A stretch of DNA of 64,000 nucleotides. It comes from Candidatus Latescibacterota bacterium. GTDB taxonomy: Bacteria > Latescibacterota > UBA2968 > UBA8231. The notes beneath the pieces are model-generated. The model did not search any database and had not been told where the DNA came from. It was given only the letters and a program-made list of their open reading frames with translations. This document shows positions 29,415-40,552 of this stretch, one piece after another (the stretch's first letter is position 1; each line of letters starts with the position of its first letter). A program made the position numbers and the translations under genes. Where the stretch lies: assembly GCA_965243025.1 (NCBI GenBank), contig CBDETY010000003.1, positions 1,600,001-1,664,000 on the forward strand. The letters are read 5' to 3'.

Positions 29415-30410
29415 ATGGTTGGTTTCGCGGTTGTCGGTCTGGGCATGGGGAAGTCGCGGGCCCGTTTGATTCAGGAGACAAAAGGAGCCGAGCTCGCAGT
29501 CGTTATCGACACGAACCAGGCCCTCGCCGCTTCCGCAGGTTCCCAGCTGGGGGTCGACTGGGCTCCGAACCTGGAAGAGGCCCTGGGCCGCAGCGACGTC
29601 GACGTTGTCATGGTGATGACCCCGAGCGGGCTGCATGCTGACCTTGGTTGTATCGCCGCCGCGGCGGGAAAGCATGTAATCACCACCAAGCCGATGGACG
29701 TTTCCACGAGCCAATGCGACCGGCTGATCGCCGCAGCCGACTCCGCGGGCGTGAAGCTCGCAGTGGACTACCAGAGCCGCTATGTCGATACCAACTACCG
29801 GGTCGCCCGGGCTCTCGAGCTGGGATACTTCGGCATGCCGTTGCTCGGGGAAGTGCGCTTCAAGTGGTTCCGCTCCCAGGAGTACTTCGACAGCGGGGAC
29901 GGCTGGCGCGGTACCTGGGCAATGGACGGTGGGGGAAGCCTCGCCAACCAGGGCTCGCATCTGATCGACCTGCTGCTCTGGTTCATGGGGGAACCGGAAC
30001 GGCTCTACGCCGAAACCTCGATCCTCGCCCACGATATCGAGACCGAGGACCTCGGCATGGCCATCATCAATTTTCGCAGCGGCGCCAAGGGAGCGGTTGT
30101 CGGCACCACTACCTTTCCGGGACACAACGCCTATTTCAGCGCCGAGGTTCATGGCACCGAGGGGGGCGTTCTCATCGAAGAGGCCCTCGACGGTACCTGC
30201 CGAATCATCGGCGAAGGTCTTGAGGAAAAGCTCAACGCCATCGAGAACCCGTTTGAAAACGCAATCGCGGATATGGTCTACTGCCTCGAGCGTGACAGCA
30301 CGCCCCGAATCGATGGGCGGGAAGGTCGCAGAACCGTGGCCCTGCTGGAGGATATCTACAGGTCGTCGCGGGAAGGGGCCCGGGTCGACTGTACAGGAGG
30401 ATTGAAATGA
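29415..30410 (+). CDS. Gfo/Idh/MocA oxidoreductase
   Basis: VGLGMG, TPSGLH, TKP variant of the EKP motif, WRGTWAMDGGGSLANQGSH. Confidence 0.9.
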   Translation: MVGFAVVGLGMGKSRARLIQETKGAELAVVIDTNQALAASAGSQLGVDWAPNLEEALGRSDVDVVMVMTPSGLHADLGCIAAAAGKHVITTKPMDVSTSQCDRLIAAADSAGVKLAVDYQSRYVDTNYRVARALELGYFGMPLLGEVRFKWFRSQEYFDSGDGWRGTWAMDGGGSLANQGSHLIDLLLWFMGEPERLYAETSILAHDIETEDLGMAIINFRSGAKGAVVGTTTFPGHNAYFSAEVHGTEGGVLIEEALDGTCRIIGEGLEEKLNAIENPFENAIADMVYCLERDSTPRIDGREGRRTVALLEDIYRSSREGARVDCTGGLK

Positions 30411-31441
30411 CGATCGCCGCACTTGTCGGGTTGACCGCTCCGCACAGCAAAGGCTGGCTCGAAACCCTGAGGAACAGTCCGGAAATCGAATGCCTGCATG
30501 TCTGCGACCTCGACGGGGCGGTTCCGGAGAACGACGACGGAATCGACGGGGTATACTCCGGTCTCGACGTACTGTTCGACTCGGTGAGACCTGACTTCGC
30601 ACTGGTGTCGGTGCGCAACGACGAGGCTGCGGATACAGGGAGTCGATTTCTGTCAGAGAAAATCCCTGTCATCATCGAAAAACCGGCAGGGCGCACGGCG
30701 GCGGAAATTGCAGGCCTCAACGAGCTGTCGCGCCGGCATTCGACGCCCTGGGCAACCGGTTTCACCAATCGCCTCGCCCCGGCGGTTTGCGAGATGAGGC
30801 GCATGGTGGCCGCCGGCGCCCTCGGGCGCGTGGTCTCCATCGAGGGGCGTATGGTGACCAGCTCTGTCGAGCAGCGCAACAGGGACCACTGGCTTTTCTC
30901 CAAAGAGGTTGCCGGCGGGGGGATTCTGCACTGGCTGGCCATTCATACCATCGACCTCATTCGCTTCACCACCGGTCTGGAGTACGATTCGGTCAGTGCT
31001 CACGTCGCCACCCTGTCGGACACCGGGGTAGACGTCGAAGATACCGCGGCAGTTTCGTTTTCCATGTCGAATGGAGCAGTCGGAAGCCTGCATGCAGGGT
31101 ACATGCTGCGCAAGCGCTACGGCGACATCGGTCTGGCGGTGCGCGGAACCCTCGGCGACGTCGCCTGGTCTTCCCATGGATTCGACGGGCCCGGCCACAC
31201 GGTCCATCTCCAGAGCGAAGCGCCTGGATGGGAGACGATTGCCAGCCAGAAGGTGGACCTCGAGCCTCAGGGTGGGCCTGGATACGGGGGGCGCGTCGGA
31301 ACCGAGTTCGTCTCCCGCTTTATTCGCTGTTCGCGGGAGCGGGAAGAGTTCGTCACCGGCGGGGAAGATGCCCTGGGAGCGATGAGGTTTGTCGAGGCTG
31401 CCTATGCAGCCAGCTCGAGCGGCAAGTCAATCAGGCTTTGA
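30407..31441 (+). CDS. Gfo/Idh/MocA oxidoreductase
   Basis: IEKPAG, AGGGILHWLAIHTID. Confidence 0.88.
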   Translation: MTIAALVGLTAPHSKGWLETLRNSPEIECLHVCDLDGAVPENDDGIDGVYSGLDVLFDSVRPDFALVSVRNDEAADTGSRFLSEKIPVIIEKPAGRTAAEIAGLNELSRRHSTPWATGFTNRLAPAVCEMRRMVAAGALGRVVSIEGRMVTSSVEQRNRDHWLFSKEVAGGGILHWLAIHTIDLIRFTTGLEYDSVSAHVATLSDTGVDVEDTAAVSFSMSNGAVGSLHAGYMLRKRYGDIGLAVRGTLGDVAWSSHGFDGPGHTVHLQSEAPGWETIASQKVDLEPQGGPGYGGRVGTEFVSRFIRCSREREEFVTGGEDALGAMRFVEAAYAASSSGKSIRL

Positions 31442-31601
31442 GGGAATCCAGAGCCGAGCCATCAGACCGGGCAGATCAGCTGATTCTGTTCCATATCGCC
31501 GCCGTCCGGGTGGTTCACTGCGTCGCAAGAGGTAAGCGGCGCTTTTCGGTTCCCCGAACAGTCGGTCCTGTTCGGTTTGGAATAACGCGGAGGGCAGCTA
31601 C

Positions 31602-32669
31602 ATGACTGCGATCCCCCTTGGACGTCCGGTACGCGTCGCCCTGATCGGCTGCGGGCTGCAGGGGACAAACCATTCGCAAATCCTGAAGGGGTTGGGGGCG
31701 GAGCTGGTCGAGGTCGCGGCTCTGTGCGACTCCAGCCCTCAGCGCCTGTCCGAGGCTTCCTCCACCTGGCCAGGGGCGAGCACCGCTGAGGATTACCGCC
31801 AGGCACTGGATTCGGGGGCTTTTGACCTCGTAATCGTTGCAACCATGCCAAACACCCATGCCGAGATTGCCATTGCGGCGATGGAGAGGGGGGCTTCCGT
31901 GTTGTGCGAAAAGCCTTTTACCCTGTCGGTTCAGGAGGCGGAAACGGTGTTGGAAGCGGCAAGCAGGACGGGACGGCAGGTACAGCTGGGGACCAACATG
32001 CGCTACATGCCGGAGTGCCGTTACCTGCGCAATACCGTCGCTTCTGGAGAGGTCGGAAGTGTGGTCGCGTGCAAAACGTGGGGATGTCATTTCTCCCCAC
32101 CGGTCTGGGGTCCCCACTACCGTCGCCGGCTTGCCGGCGGCGGGGTGCTCGCTTCAACTCTTGTGCACGCTCTGGACCTTTCCATGTGGGTGGGCGGGAA
32201 TCCCAATCCGGTAGCCGTGAGCGCTTTCAGCGGCCGTCAATTCCCGGGAAAGCGGGGTGCCCAGGTCGGGGAGGACATCAGGCTAAGCTACGACACCGAA
32301 GACCTTCTCTTTGCACTGGTTCGCTTCGACACAGGTGCCGTCTACACGCTCGAAGGAAACTGGTGCGACGAACGCAAGGACAGCCATGGCTTTGAGCTGA
32401 TTACGGAAAAAGCCACTCTGCGCAACACACCCTTGCAGGTGCTGGTGGACGAAATGGGGACCATCGCAGACCGCACCCCGAGCGGGGAGGAGTTCGAAAA
32501 ACGGAACGACTGGCTGGGCAGTGTCAGGAAGCAGGACGAAGAGGTCATCTCAGGACTGAGCCAGGGAAAGCGGTGGACAATGCAGGATGCAAACCAGCTC
32601 CTGACACTCCAAAAAGTGATTGACGGGTGTTACGAATCGGCCAGGCTTGGCCGCGAAGTTCGGATCTGA
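31602..32669 (+). CDS. Gfo/Idh/MocA oxidoreductase
   Basis: IGCGLQG, CEKPF, AGGGVL...HALD. Confidence 0.9.
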   Translation: MTAIPLGRPVRVALIGCGLQGTNHSQILKGLGAELVEVAALCDSSPQRLSEASSTWPGASTAEDYRQALDSGAFDLVIVATMPNTHAEIAIAAMERGASVLCEKPFTLSVQEAETVLEAASRTGRQVQLGTNMRYMPECRYLRNTVASGEVGSVVACKTWGCHFSPPVWGPHYRRRLAGGGVLASTLVHALDLSMWVGGNPNPVAVSAFSGRQFPGKRGAQVGEDIRLSYDTEDLLFALVRFDTGAVYTLEGNWCDERKDSHGFELITEKATLRNTPLQVLVDEMGTIADRTPSGEEFEKRNDWLGSVRKQDEEVISGLSQGKRWTMQDANQLLTLQKVIDGCYESARLGREVRI

Positions 32670-32754
32670 ATGGGATTTGACGGTGGCGAACATGGATCCT
32701 AGTTTTTTACGGTTCCTCTCCCGTTCTCCGCAGCAAAGCTTCTTCCCGAAGGCA

Positions 32755-32830
<76 letters not shown>

Positions 32831-32978
32831 TCAATTCATTTCAAATTGCCGTTGCACAGTGTCAGCCGATTTTCGGACACCGGCTTGCCCGCATCCGGCC
32901 ATTTTGAAGATTTGCCGGTGAATTGGGCGTACGGGTCCTGCCGTTCACAGCGATGTTCCACGACTTGAAGGAGATTGA

Positions 32979-33722
32979 GTGATGGAGGCCCTCGGGATCG
33001 ATATCGGCGGCACGGGAGTAAAGGGAGCCGTCGTAGATACGACTACGGGAAAACTCGTTCGCGATCGCTTTCGCCTGCTCACCCCGCAACCGGCGACCCC
33101 GGAAGCCCTTTGCAGGACCGTCTCCGAGGTGGTGTCCCACTTTGAGTGGTCTGGGCCGGCGGGGTGCGGGTTTCCGGGGATAATTCGAGGGGGCCTTGTT
33201 CGTAGCGCCGCCCATGTCTCCAGAAAATGGCTGGGCAGGAACGTCAAAATGAACTTCGACCAGGCAACCGGGTGTTCATTCCGAGTGCTCAACGATGCGG
33301 ATGTCGCCGGCCTTGCCGAAGCTCGATTCGGAGCGGGGAAGGATCAGGGGGGGGTAATTCTGCTCCTCACCCTGGGAACCGGGATAGGATCCGCCCTGTT
33401 CATCGACGGCACCCTGGTTCCGAACACCGAGTTCGGGCATGTGGAGCTGAAGGGGCACGACGCTGAATACTGGGCAGCTGAAAGCGTGCGCAAAAAGAGG
33501 AAGCTCAGCTGGAGGAAATGGGCTCGTCAGGTCAATCTCTATCTGCAGGCGATGGAGTTCTACCTCTCTCCCGATCTGATAATCATCGGGGGTGGGGCCA
33601 GCAGAAAGCACGAAAAGTTCATTCCGCAGCTGAAGCTCGACACTCCCGTCATCCCCGCTCAGCTTCGCAATGAAGCCGGAATTGTAGGTGCGGCAGTCGC
33701 CGGTGCGGAACAAACGGCGTAG
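32979..33722 (+). CDS. ppgK: Polyphosphate glucokinase (ROK family)
   Basis: [47 protein letters not shown]. Confidence 0.92.
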   Translation: MMEALGIDIGGTGVKGAVVDTTTGKLVRDRFRLLTPQPATPEALCRTVSEVVSHFEWSGPAGCGFPGIIRGGLVRSAAHVSRKWLGRNVKMNFDQATGCSFRVLNDADVAGLAEARFGAGKDQGGVILLLTLGTGIGSALFIDGTLVPNTEFGHVELKGHDAEYWAAESVRKKRKLSWRKWARQVNLYLQAMEFYLSPDLIIIGGGASRKHEKFIPQLKLDTPVIPAQLRNEAGIVGAAVAGAEQTA

Positions 33723-33935
33723 CGGCGGGGGCAACCCGAATCTACGGGCTTCCAATTTCCTGGAACGGCGCGATCCGACCCGCCCCGTCATGGCATTTGC
33801 GATTCGGAGTTTCAAAGGCTGGGAAAAACTCCCAATAAATTGAGTTACCTCCGATATTCCACTATTTTTGAAAGAATCTGTTTTTCTGCACATCGGCAGA
33901 TCAGGCCTGGCCCTTTTTCAGGATACCCACAGGAA

Positions 33936-34325
33936 ATGATTCGCGGCGACAAGGAATTGATTGTTGTGGGCGATCGCGTGCTTATCAAGCTCAACGAGCA
34001 CGAGGAGCGGACCGAGGTTGGACTGTACCTCCCCCCGACCGCTCTTGAAAAGGAGAATGTCCAGTCCGGCAAGGTTGAAGAGGTGGGGCCGGGGATTCCG
34101 TTGCCGCCCAGGACGGAAGACGACGACGCCATGCCCTGGGCCGCGGAAAATATCGAGCAAATGCGCTTTATCCCCCTGCAAGCCCAGAAAGGGGATCACG
34201 CGATTTTCGCCCGCAAGGAGGCGGTCGAAATCAAATTCGACGGGGAGAAGTACGTCGTTGTACCGCACGCGGCGATTCTGGCGCTCGTGCGGTCTACCGG
34301 TCTCCTCGATGACGACGTCATCTAA
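33936..34325 (+). CDS. groES: Stand-alone co-chaperonin GroES-family protein
   Basis: GDRVLIK, GLYLP, GKVEEVGPG, YVVV..AIL. No groEL adjacent. Confidence 0.88.
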   Translation: MIRGDKELIVVGDRVLIKLNEHEERTEVGLYLPPTALEKENVQSGKVEEVGPGIPLPPRTEDDDAMPWAAENIEQMRFIPLQAQKGDHAIFARKEAVEIKFDGEKYVVVPHAAILALVRSTGLLDDDVI

Positions 34326-34369
34326 CGTATAATCAGGGCCGCAACTTCTTTCGTTTTTTACCAGCAATG

Positions 34370-34406
34370 AAAAAGCCCCGCCACCTTGTCGGTGACGGGG
34401 CTTTTC
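34370..34406. terminator. Bidirectional rho-independent terminator
   Basis: AAAAAGCCCCG...CGGGGCTTTT between convergent groES and coxD. Confidence 0.8.
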
Positions 34407-34419
34407 TGGTTACTCCGGA

Positions 34420-34746
34420 TTATTCGGCCCCAATATCGAGGAACTCGACCGGGGCCGGCGTTTCCCAATCCCGCGAGACGTAATCCTGCATCGTCAGGGC
34501 AAGAAGGATCAGCAGCCAGAAAAAACCGGCGCCGGCAAACACCCACATCAGGGGGGTGTTGTAGCGAACGTGCATGAAGAACAGGACAACGATGGAGGCC
34601 TTGAATATGGCGATTGCCAGAGCAAGGGGGGTATTGAGAGGGCCGAGCTCGACGAAGGCCGCCAGAACCGTGATTACGGTGAACACGAACAGCAGGCTCA
34701 GCACCAGGATATAGACCCTTACAGGGACTACATGACTTGAATCCAT
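34420..34746 (-). CDS. coxD: caa3-type cytochrome c oxidase subunit IV
   Basis: [20 protein letters not shown] motif, 3 TM. Confidence 0.88.
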   Translation of the reverse strand: MDSSHVVPVRVYILVLSLLFVFTVITVLAAFVELGPLNTPLALAIAIFKASIVVLFFMHVRYNTPLMWVFAGAGFFWLLILLALTMQDYVSRDWETPAPVEFLDIGAE

Positions 34747-35396
34747 GGGTCCCGTCCGATGAGGTAGAGCAGGGGGAAAAGGAAAATCCAGACGATATCT
34801 ACGAAGTGCCAGTAGAGCCCGAAGTTTTCGATAGGGAAGAAGTAATCCTTGGTGTATCTGCCCTTCAGGATATTGGGGATCAACCAGAGCATGATTCCAA
34901 CACCGATGACCATGTGCAGGGCGTGCATGCCGGTCATCGCGAAATAAAAGGAGAAGAAGATCTTCAAGTTTCCGGCCAAAGGCCCGTCGTATTGAAAGTT
35001 CAAGCCGGGAATCAGGTGATGGTGAAACTTGTCCGAGTACTCGATCACCTTGACTCCCAGAAACGTCAGGCCCAGCACCATGGTTCCGAGCAGCCACCCC
35101 AACATGCCGCGGCTGCTCCCCTGTTGCGCGGCCCGCACACACATCGCTACCGTGAAGCTGCTGCCAATCAGAACCGCCGTGTTGAAGGCTCCCCAACCGA
35201 TGGGAAGGTGGTTGCTCCCCTCGATGAAGGCCGGCAGGTACTCGTAGCGGTATACTGCATAGGCCCCGAAAAGCCCGCCAAAAAACATGATCTCCTGAGC
35301 AATGAACGCCCACATCCCCATGTTGGAGGCGGCGTACTGCTGCTGCAGGTCGTCGAACTGGTGATTCAGTCCGGCGGGGTGAGCGTGAGTGGTCAT
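34728..35396 (-). CDS. coxC: Cytochrome c oxidase subunit III
   Basis: [35 protein letters not shown]. Confidence 0.93.
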   Translation of the reverse strand: MTTHAHPAGLNHQFDDLQQQYAASNMGMWAFIAQEIMFFGGLFGAYAVYRYEYLPAFIEGSNHLPIGWGAFNTAVLIGSSFTVAMCVRAAQQGSSRGMLGWLLGTMVLGLTFLGVKVIEYSDKFHHHLIPGLNFQYDGPLAGNLKIFFSFYFAMTGMHALHMVIGVGIMLWLIPNILKGRYTKDYFFPIENFGLYWHFVDIVWIFLFPLLYLIGRDPWIQVM

Positions 35397-37069
35397 GGCT
35401 GCGCGGTTTCCCTGGGCACGCCAACCTGCCCCGGTTCTGCGAGGGTCACGTCTTCTTCTTCGTAAGCGTATGCCTCGGAAGTAACTACTGGAGTCTTCTC
35501 GAAGTTGTGGGCCGGGGGAGGGGAGGCAAGCAGCTCCCACTCCAGCCCCTTTGCCTTCCACGGATTTGCGCCTGCGCGCCGGCCTCTGAATAGCGACCAG
35601 ATGAGGGCAATCATCATTATCCCGTACCCGACTGCCAGAACAGAAGCTCCGGCAGTGGACATTACGTGCAGGATCTGCCACTCCTCGGGATAGACGTGGT
35701 AGCGTCGAGGCATGCCCAGGTAACCGAGTACGAACTGGGGGAAGAAGGTGAAGTTGAACCCGGCGAAAATCAGCACGGCGCCGGTTTTTCCCCATCCTTC
35801 GGAGTACATTCGGCCTGTGATCTTGGGCCACCAGAAGTGCAGGCCGCTCATGAAGGCCATCACCATGCCGCCGACCATCACGTAATGAAAATGGGCGACG
35901 ATGAAATAGGTGTCGTGCAGGTGAATGTCGGTACCCAGGGTAGAAAGGAAGAGTCCCGTCAGGCCGCCGATCAGAAACAGGCCGATGAAGCCGAGGGCAT
36001 ACAGCATCGGCGACTCCAGGGATACCGAGCCGCGATACATCGTCGCCGTCCAGTTGAAGATCTTCACGGCCGTGGGAACGGCGATCAGGAAGGTTATGAA
36101 CGAGAACACCATTCCCGCGTACAGCGACTGGCCGGTGGTGAACATGTGGTGTCCCCAGACCAGGAACCCCAGCACGGCGATCGCCAGACTCGAGAAGGCA
36201 ACGAAGGAGTATCCGAAAACGCGCTTGCGGCAGAAGCAGGCGATGACATCGCTGATCACCCCGAACCCGGGGACGATCATGATGTAAACGGCCGGATGCG
36301 AGTAGAACCAGAACATGTGCTGGAACAGCACCGGATCACCGCCGAGAGCAGGGTCGAAGATGCCGATCCCGAAACCCCGCTCCAGGGCGAGAAGCAAGAG
36401 GGTGATCGCCACCACCGGGGTTCCCAGGACCATGATCAGGCTGGTTGCGTACTGCGCCCAGATGAACAGCGGCAGGCGGAACCACGTCATTCCTGGCGCG
36501 CGCATCTTGTGAACGGTGGTGAGAAAGTTGACCCCCGTCAGGATCGACGAGAAACCGTTGATGAACACGCCGACCAATGCGAGAATCACGAAGGAGTTGG
36601 AGTAGGTGCTGCTGTAGGGGGTGTAGAAAGTCCAGCCCGTGTCTACTCCTCCCATGATGATCGCCAGGGTCGCAAAACTGCCTCCGGCGACGTAGCAGTA
36701 CCAGCTCGTGAGATTGATCTTGGGAAAGGCGACGTCCCGGGCGCCGATCTGCAAAGGGATGCAGAAGTTGCCGAGAACCGCCGGCACGGAGGGAATGAGA
36801 AAGAAGAAGATCATGGCCACGCCGTGCATCGTGAACAGCTTGTTGAATGTCTCCGCCTCGACCAGGTCCCCTTCCGGGGTCAACAGCTCGAGCCTGATCA
36901 GGGAGGCAAACAGGCCGCCGATCAGGAAGAACAGGGTGAGCACGACGAGGTAGAGAATCCCGACCCGCTTGTGATCCATCGTCAGCAGCCAGGATTTGAT
37001 GCCGTAAGTGGCGTTCAGGTAGTTCGACGGCCTTCCGTTTCCCACTGTCTCAGCCACGGTGGTAGTCAT
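35393..37069 (-). CDS. coxA: Cytochrome c oxidase subunit I (A2 type)
   Basis: [21 protein letters not shown] heme/CuB ligands. Confidence 0.96.
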   Translation of the reverse strand: MTTTVAETVGNGRPSNYLNATYGIKSWLLTMDHKRVGILYLVVLTLFFLIGGLFASLIRLELLTPEGDLVEAETFNKLFTMHGVAMIFFFLIPSVPAVLGNFCIPLQIGARDVAFPKINLTSWYCYVAGGSFATLAIIMGGVDTGWTFYTPYSSTYSNSFVILALVGVFINGFSSILTGVNFLTTVHKMRAPGMTWFRLPLFIWAQYATSLIMVLGTPVVAITLLLLALERGFGIGIFDPALGGDPVLFQHMFWFYSHPAVYIMIVPGFGVISDVIACFCRKRVFGYSFVAFSSLAIAVLGFLVWGHHMFTTGQSLYAGMVFSFITFLIAVPTAVKIFNWTATMYRGSVSLESPMLYALGFIGLFLIGGLTGLFLSTLGTDIHLHDTYFIVAHFHYVMVGGMVMAFMSGLHFWWPKITGRMYSEGWGKTGAVLIFAGFNFTFFPQFVLGYLGMPRRYHVYPEEWQILHVMSTAGASVLAVGYGIMMIALIWSLFRGRRAGANPWKAKGLEWELLASPPPAHNFEKTPVVTSEAYAYEEEDVTLAEPGQVGVPRETAQP

Positions 37070-37107
37070 GGCGACACCGCCTCGGTTGTACGCGATCGCT
37101 GCATAAC

Positions 37108-38043
37108 CTATTCGCTCTCGCTGAGAGATTTGATGTAGGTGATGATCTGGAGCAGGGTTTCTTCGCTTATCTGTCCCTGGAAGGTCGGCATGATCGGTTT
37201 GTATCCCTGTACTATCTTCGTCTGAGGGTTAAGCACCGATTCGCGAATATAGGCCTCGTCGGCGACCACTGTCTCTCCCGACTCGAGCTGCACGGGCTTG
37301 CCGAAGACGCCGACCAAGGTTGGCCCCCGCCCGATCGATTCCGCCTTGTGACAGGTGTGGCACCCAAGCTGCTGGAACTGGCGTTCTCCCGCTTCGGCCA
37401 TAGTTTCGCCACCGACGCCGCCGCTCAACCAGTTCTGGTAGTCGTCCGGTTCCATCACCACGACCTTCCCGATCATGGTCGAGTGTTGTGTTCCGCAGTA
37501 CTCGGCGCAGAAGAGGTGGTACTCACCCAGTTTCGTCGCCTCGAACCACATGGTCGTGTAGCGGCCCGGTACGACATCCCGCTTTGTCCGGAAAGCAGGG
37601 ACGGAAAAGGCATGGATGACATCTTCGGATGCCAGTGTCATGCGCACGGGAACCCCGATCGGGACATGAAGCTCGTTTATCTCCCGCTTTCCCTGGGGAT
37701 GCTGGATCTTCCACATCCACTGTTTGCCGATTGCGTAGACATCGATACCGTCGCTGGGCATGCGGTATAGCCGGAAATAGACGTCCGCCCCGAGGGTGAA
37801 CACCCCGACGGACAGGACAAGGGGAACGATGCTCCAGGCCAACTCCAGGGGAATCGAGCCATGGACCGGCTTCGGGCGCTCATCGTCCGAGCGGCGGCGG
37901 TACTTGATCGCAAACAGGACGATTGCGCCGGATACGCCTGCCGTAAACAGCACCGACAAGGCCACCATCAGGAAATACAGAGCGTCCACCTGCCACGCGA
38001 AGGTGGAGGCGAGTTCAGGGTGCAGTTGGAGATCTTTCGACAT
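37108..38043 (-). CDS. coxB: Cytochrome c oxidase subunit II with fused cytochrome c (caa3)
   Basis: [16 protein letters not shown] CuA site, C-terminal CHTCH. Confidence 0.95.
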   Translation of the reverse strand: MSKDLQLHPELASTFAWQVDALYFLMVALSVLFTAGVSGAIVLFAIKYRRRSDDERPKPVHGSIPLELAWSIVPLVLSVGVFTLGADVYFRLYRMPSDGIDVYAIGKQWMWKIQHPQGKREINELHVPIGVPVRMTLASEDVIHAFSVPAFRTKRDVVPGRYTTMWFEATKLGEYHLFCAEYCGTQHSTMIGKVVVMEPDDYQNWLSGGVGGETMAEAGERQFQQLGCHTCHKAESIGRGPTLVGVFGKPVQLESGETVVADEAYIRESVLNPQTKIVQGYKPIMPTFQGQISEETLLQIITYIKSLSESE

Positions 38044-38057
38044 GCGAATTCGCGGCT

Positions 38058-38921
38058 TCAGTTGGTATTCGCCAGCGGCGTAACCCCATTCCCTTCCAGC
38101 TGCTTGGATTGTCGACGCTCCCTCCGCAGCATGGCACCGACGAATACCGCCAGTCCGAGAACCGTGGCGAACCCTGCAACGCGCAGGGAGTTGAGAACTG
38201 CGAGGGTGTACTTGCCAGTGGCCGGATCGTACTGAAAGCAGAGCAGCAGCAACTGATCCACCGGATTCCCGATGCGATTTTCCGAAGCCTCGATAAGTCC
38301 GAGCCGGAGATCCTTTGGTGCGTACTCGACCCCGTAGAAGTACCGGGAGAGCTCGCCATGTGGAGTGAGGAGCATGATGCCGCTTGCGTGTGTATACAGA
38401 TCCGTCTCTTCGTCATACTGGTAACGGAATCCGACCGACTCGGCCAGTTGTTCGATCTGATCGTTTGACCCGGTCAGGAAATGCCACCCTTTTGAGCCCG
38501 ATTCCCGGCGGTATTTTCCTGTGTATTCCCGTTTCTTGGCCGCCGCCAGAGACGCGCTTTCTCCGGGGTCGATACTGACAGTGACGATGTCAAACTCATC
38601 TCCGACACTGAAGGCCAACACCTTCAGACTGCGCAGCAGCCCGTTGAGCACCTGGGTGCAAAGCATCGGGCATTCGTAGTATACCAGCGCCAGAATCACC
38701 GGTTTTTCGCCAAAGTAGCCGCCTAGGGGAACGGTCCGGCCAGCTTCGTCGACAAACGACAGGTCGAGGGGCAGGGTTTCTCCCAGCCGCTGCTCGATAC
38801 CGATTTCGTCCCCGACCTCGCTCTCCAGCCTCTGGGCTTCAGCCGGAAACGAGGCCAAGGCGGCGGCGCAGAACCACGCCATGCCGATCCTTGCCGGCAA
38901 TCGCGACACCGAAGAAGTCAC
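38058..38921 (-). CDS. SCO1/SenC copper chaperone
   Basis: YYECPMLC (CxxxC) and HASG motifs, C-terminal TM. Start uncertain. Confidence 0.9.
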   Translation of the reverse strand: MTSSVSRLPARIGMAWFCAAALASFPAEAQRLESEVGDEIGIEQRLGETLPLDLSFVDEAGRTVPLGGYFGEKPVILALVYYECPMLCTQVLNGLLRSLKVLAFSVGDEFDIVTVSIDPGESASLAAAKKREYTGKYRRESGSKGWHFLTGSNDQIEQLAESVGFRYQYDEETDLYTHASGIMLLTPHGELSRYFYGVEYAPKDLRLGLIEASENRIGNPVDQLLLLCFQYDPATGKYTLAVLNSLRVAGFATVLGLAVFVGAMLRRERRQSKQLEGNGVTPLANTN

Positions 38922-38925
38922 TTGG

Positions 38926-39348
38926 CTAATTCCCCGTCTCGTCAGTTGCTGCAACGCTGCCGGTTTTTTCCGGTAGACCGCGCTCGCCGAGGATATCGAT
39001 GGCGCGGGCAATCGGGATCCGAACCATACCCTGGTCGCGGTCGACCCAGTCGTAGCTCGTCAGGAGGTGATCCTCGATCTCCCGCAGCGACCTTTTCTGT
39101 TTGGGCGGATCGATCTGAATCCTCGGTTCGGAGCTCACTGCCCGGTTCTGTGACAGTGGATGGGGTTCGGGATCCAATAGCGGCTGATAATAACTGAGAA
39201 CCTTGAAAAGGACGACGATTCCGATGAAGGTACCGGTGACGAGCACGGCCATCGCAATGCCGACGTTTACGAGCGGTTTCGGCGCCGCATCGGTGATTTC
39301 GTGGCCGGCGGCTTCTGAGGTGTGGTTCCCGGCCCCGTGCTCAGCCAT
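38926..39348 (-). CDS. actG: Alternative complex III subunit ActG-like
   Basis: Single TM; EPRIQ...YDWVDR..G.VRIPIARAI; follows actF. Confidence 0.75.
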   Translation of the reverse strand: MAEHGAGNHTSEAAGHEITDAAPKPLVNVGIAMAVLVTGTFIGIVVLFKVLSYYQPLLDPEPHPLSQNRAVSSEPRIQIDPPKQKRSLREIEDHLLTSYDWVDRDQGMVRIPIARAIDILGERGLPEKTGSVAATDETGN

Positions 39349-40552
39349 GATGATCCTCTCTCCCCTCGGCGGCCAGTTCCTCGAAATCGAAACGAGGGTC
39401 GTTCAGCGGTACCAGAGATCGCTTTTTCAGCTGGCCGAAAAACACGAAAAACCACAACCCTCCAAAACCGACCGGAATGGCTATGTCCATCCAGCTGAGG
39501 GTGAGTTCAGGCTTGCCCAGAGCCGGGGCGGTGATCCAGAACAAATCGACCAGACGCATGACGATCAAGCCCATGGCAAGCGTACAGAGAACGGGAATCC
39601 TCGCCTTGATCCGGCTCGAAACGAGAAGCACGAACGGCAGTGCGAAATGAAGGAGTACGAGTGCGTACCCGACATTCTCCCACCCCCCCTTGAGCCGGGT
39701 GTAGTACCAGGTGATTTCCTCCGGAAGATTCCCGGCCCAGATGATGAGCAGCTGCGAGAACGAGGTGTAGGCCCACAACATCACGAAGCCCAGCATCAGG
39801 GTCCCCAGATCTCTGAGGCGCTCATTCGTCAAAAGCGCCTCGAGCGGGGCGCGTTTGGAGAGACTGACTGCGATGAGAATCATGAAAGCCCAGGTAAGCA
39901 GGGCCTGGCCGATGATGTAGATCGCCGCGTAGATGGTGGAGAACCAATGGGGCTCGAGCGACATGATCCAGTCGATGGCGGCAAATGTCGCCACCACGAC
40001 GAAGAGGACGACGCCCGGGCCGCTGAGAACCTGCATCCTCCGAGTCGGGAAGGTCTGGTCCGTGTTGTCCTGCATGGTCGACCAGCGATTCAGGAAGTAA
40101 GCCAGGCCTCCCCAGAACGCGAAGTAAAGGATCGTCCGGATGATGAAGAACGTCGGGTTCAGGAATTCCTTTTTCTTCTGAAGAACCGGGTCCTTGGCGA
40201 CAACCTCTTCGTGGGACCACTCGTACAGCTCGTGAATCCCAAAGGCGAGGGGAACGGCAAGCAGGAACATCAGGGGCAGGGTTCGCGTGCCCGCTTCGAG
40301 CAGACGCCTGATGGCGAACCCCCAACGGCCCCCGGCGAGGTGGTGGATCATCAGGACCAGGAGGCATCCGAGACTCAAGCTGACCCAGTAAATGAAGGCG
40401 AGGAGATAGGACTTGAAGAACTGCTCCTGATGGGTTGCGAAAGCCAGCACGGCCAGGGCAATCCCAATCACCCCAACCACGAGGGCACGCCTTCCGAACG
40501 AGTTGAGATCGGGACCTACAGCCTGGCTCTGACGGATCAGTTCTGCGTTCAT
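39341..40552 (-). CDS. actF: Alternative complex III subunit ActF
   Basis: DWIMSLEPHWFSTIY, WAYTSFSQLLIIWAGNLPEE. Confidence 0.9.
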   Translation of the reverse strand: MNAELIRQSQAVGPDLNSFGRRALVVGVIGIALAVLAFATHQEQFFKSYLLAFIYWVSLSLGCLLVLMIHHLAGGRWGFAIRRLLEAGTRTLPLMFLLAVPLAFGIHELYEWSHEEVVAKDPVLQKKKEFLNPTFFIIRTILYFAFWGGLAYFLNRWSTMQDNTDQTFPTRRMQVLSGPGVVLFVVVATFAAIDWIMSLEPHWFSTIYAAIYIIGQALLTWAFMILIAVSLSKRAPLEALLTNERLRDLGTLMLGFVMLWAYTSFSQLLIIWAGNLPEEITWYYTRLKGGWENVGYALVLLHFALPFVLLVSSRIKARIPVLCTLAMGLIVMRLVDLFWITAPALGKPELTLSWMDIAIPVGFGGLWFFVFFGQLKKRSLVPLNDPRFDFEELAAEGREDHHG

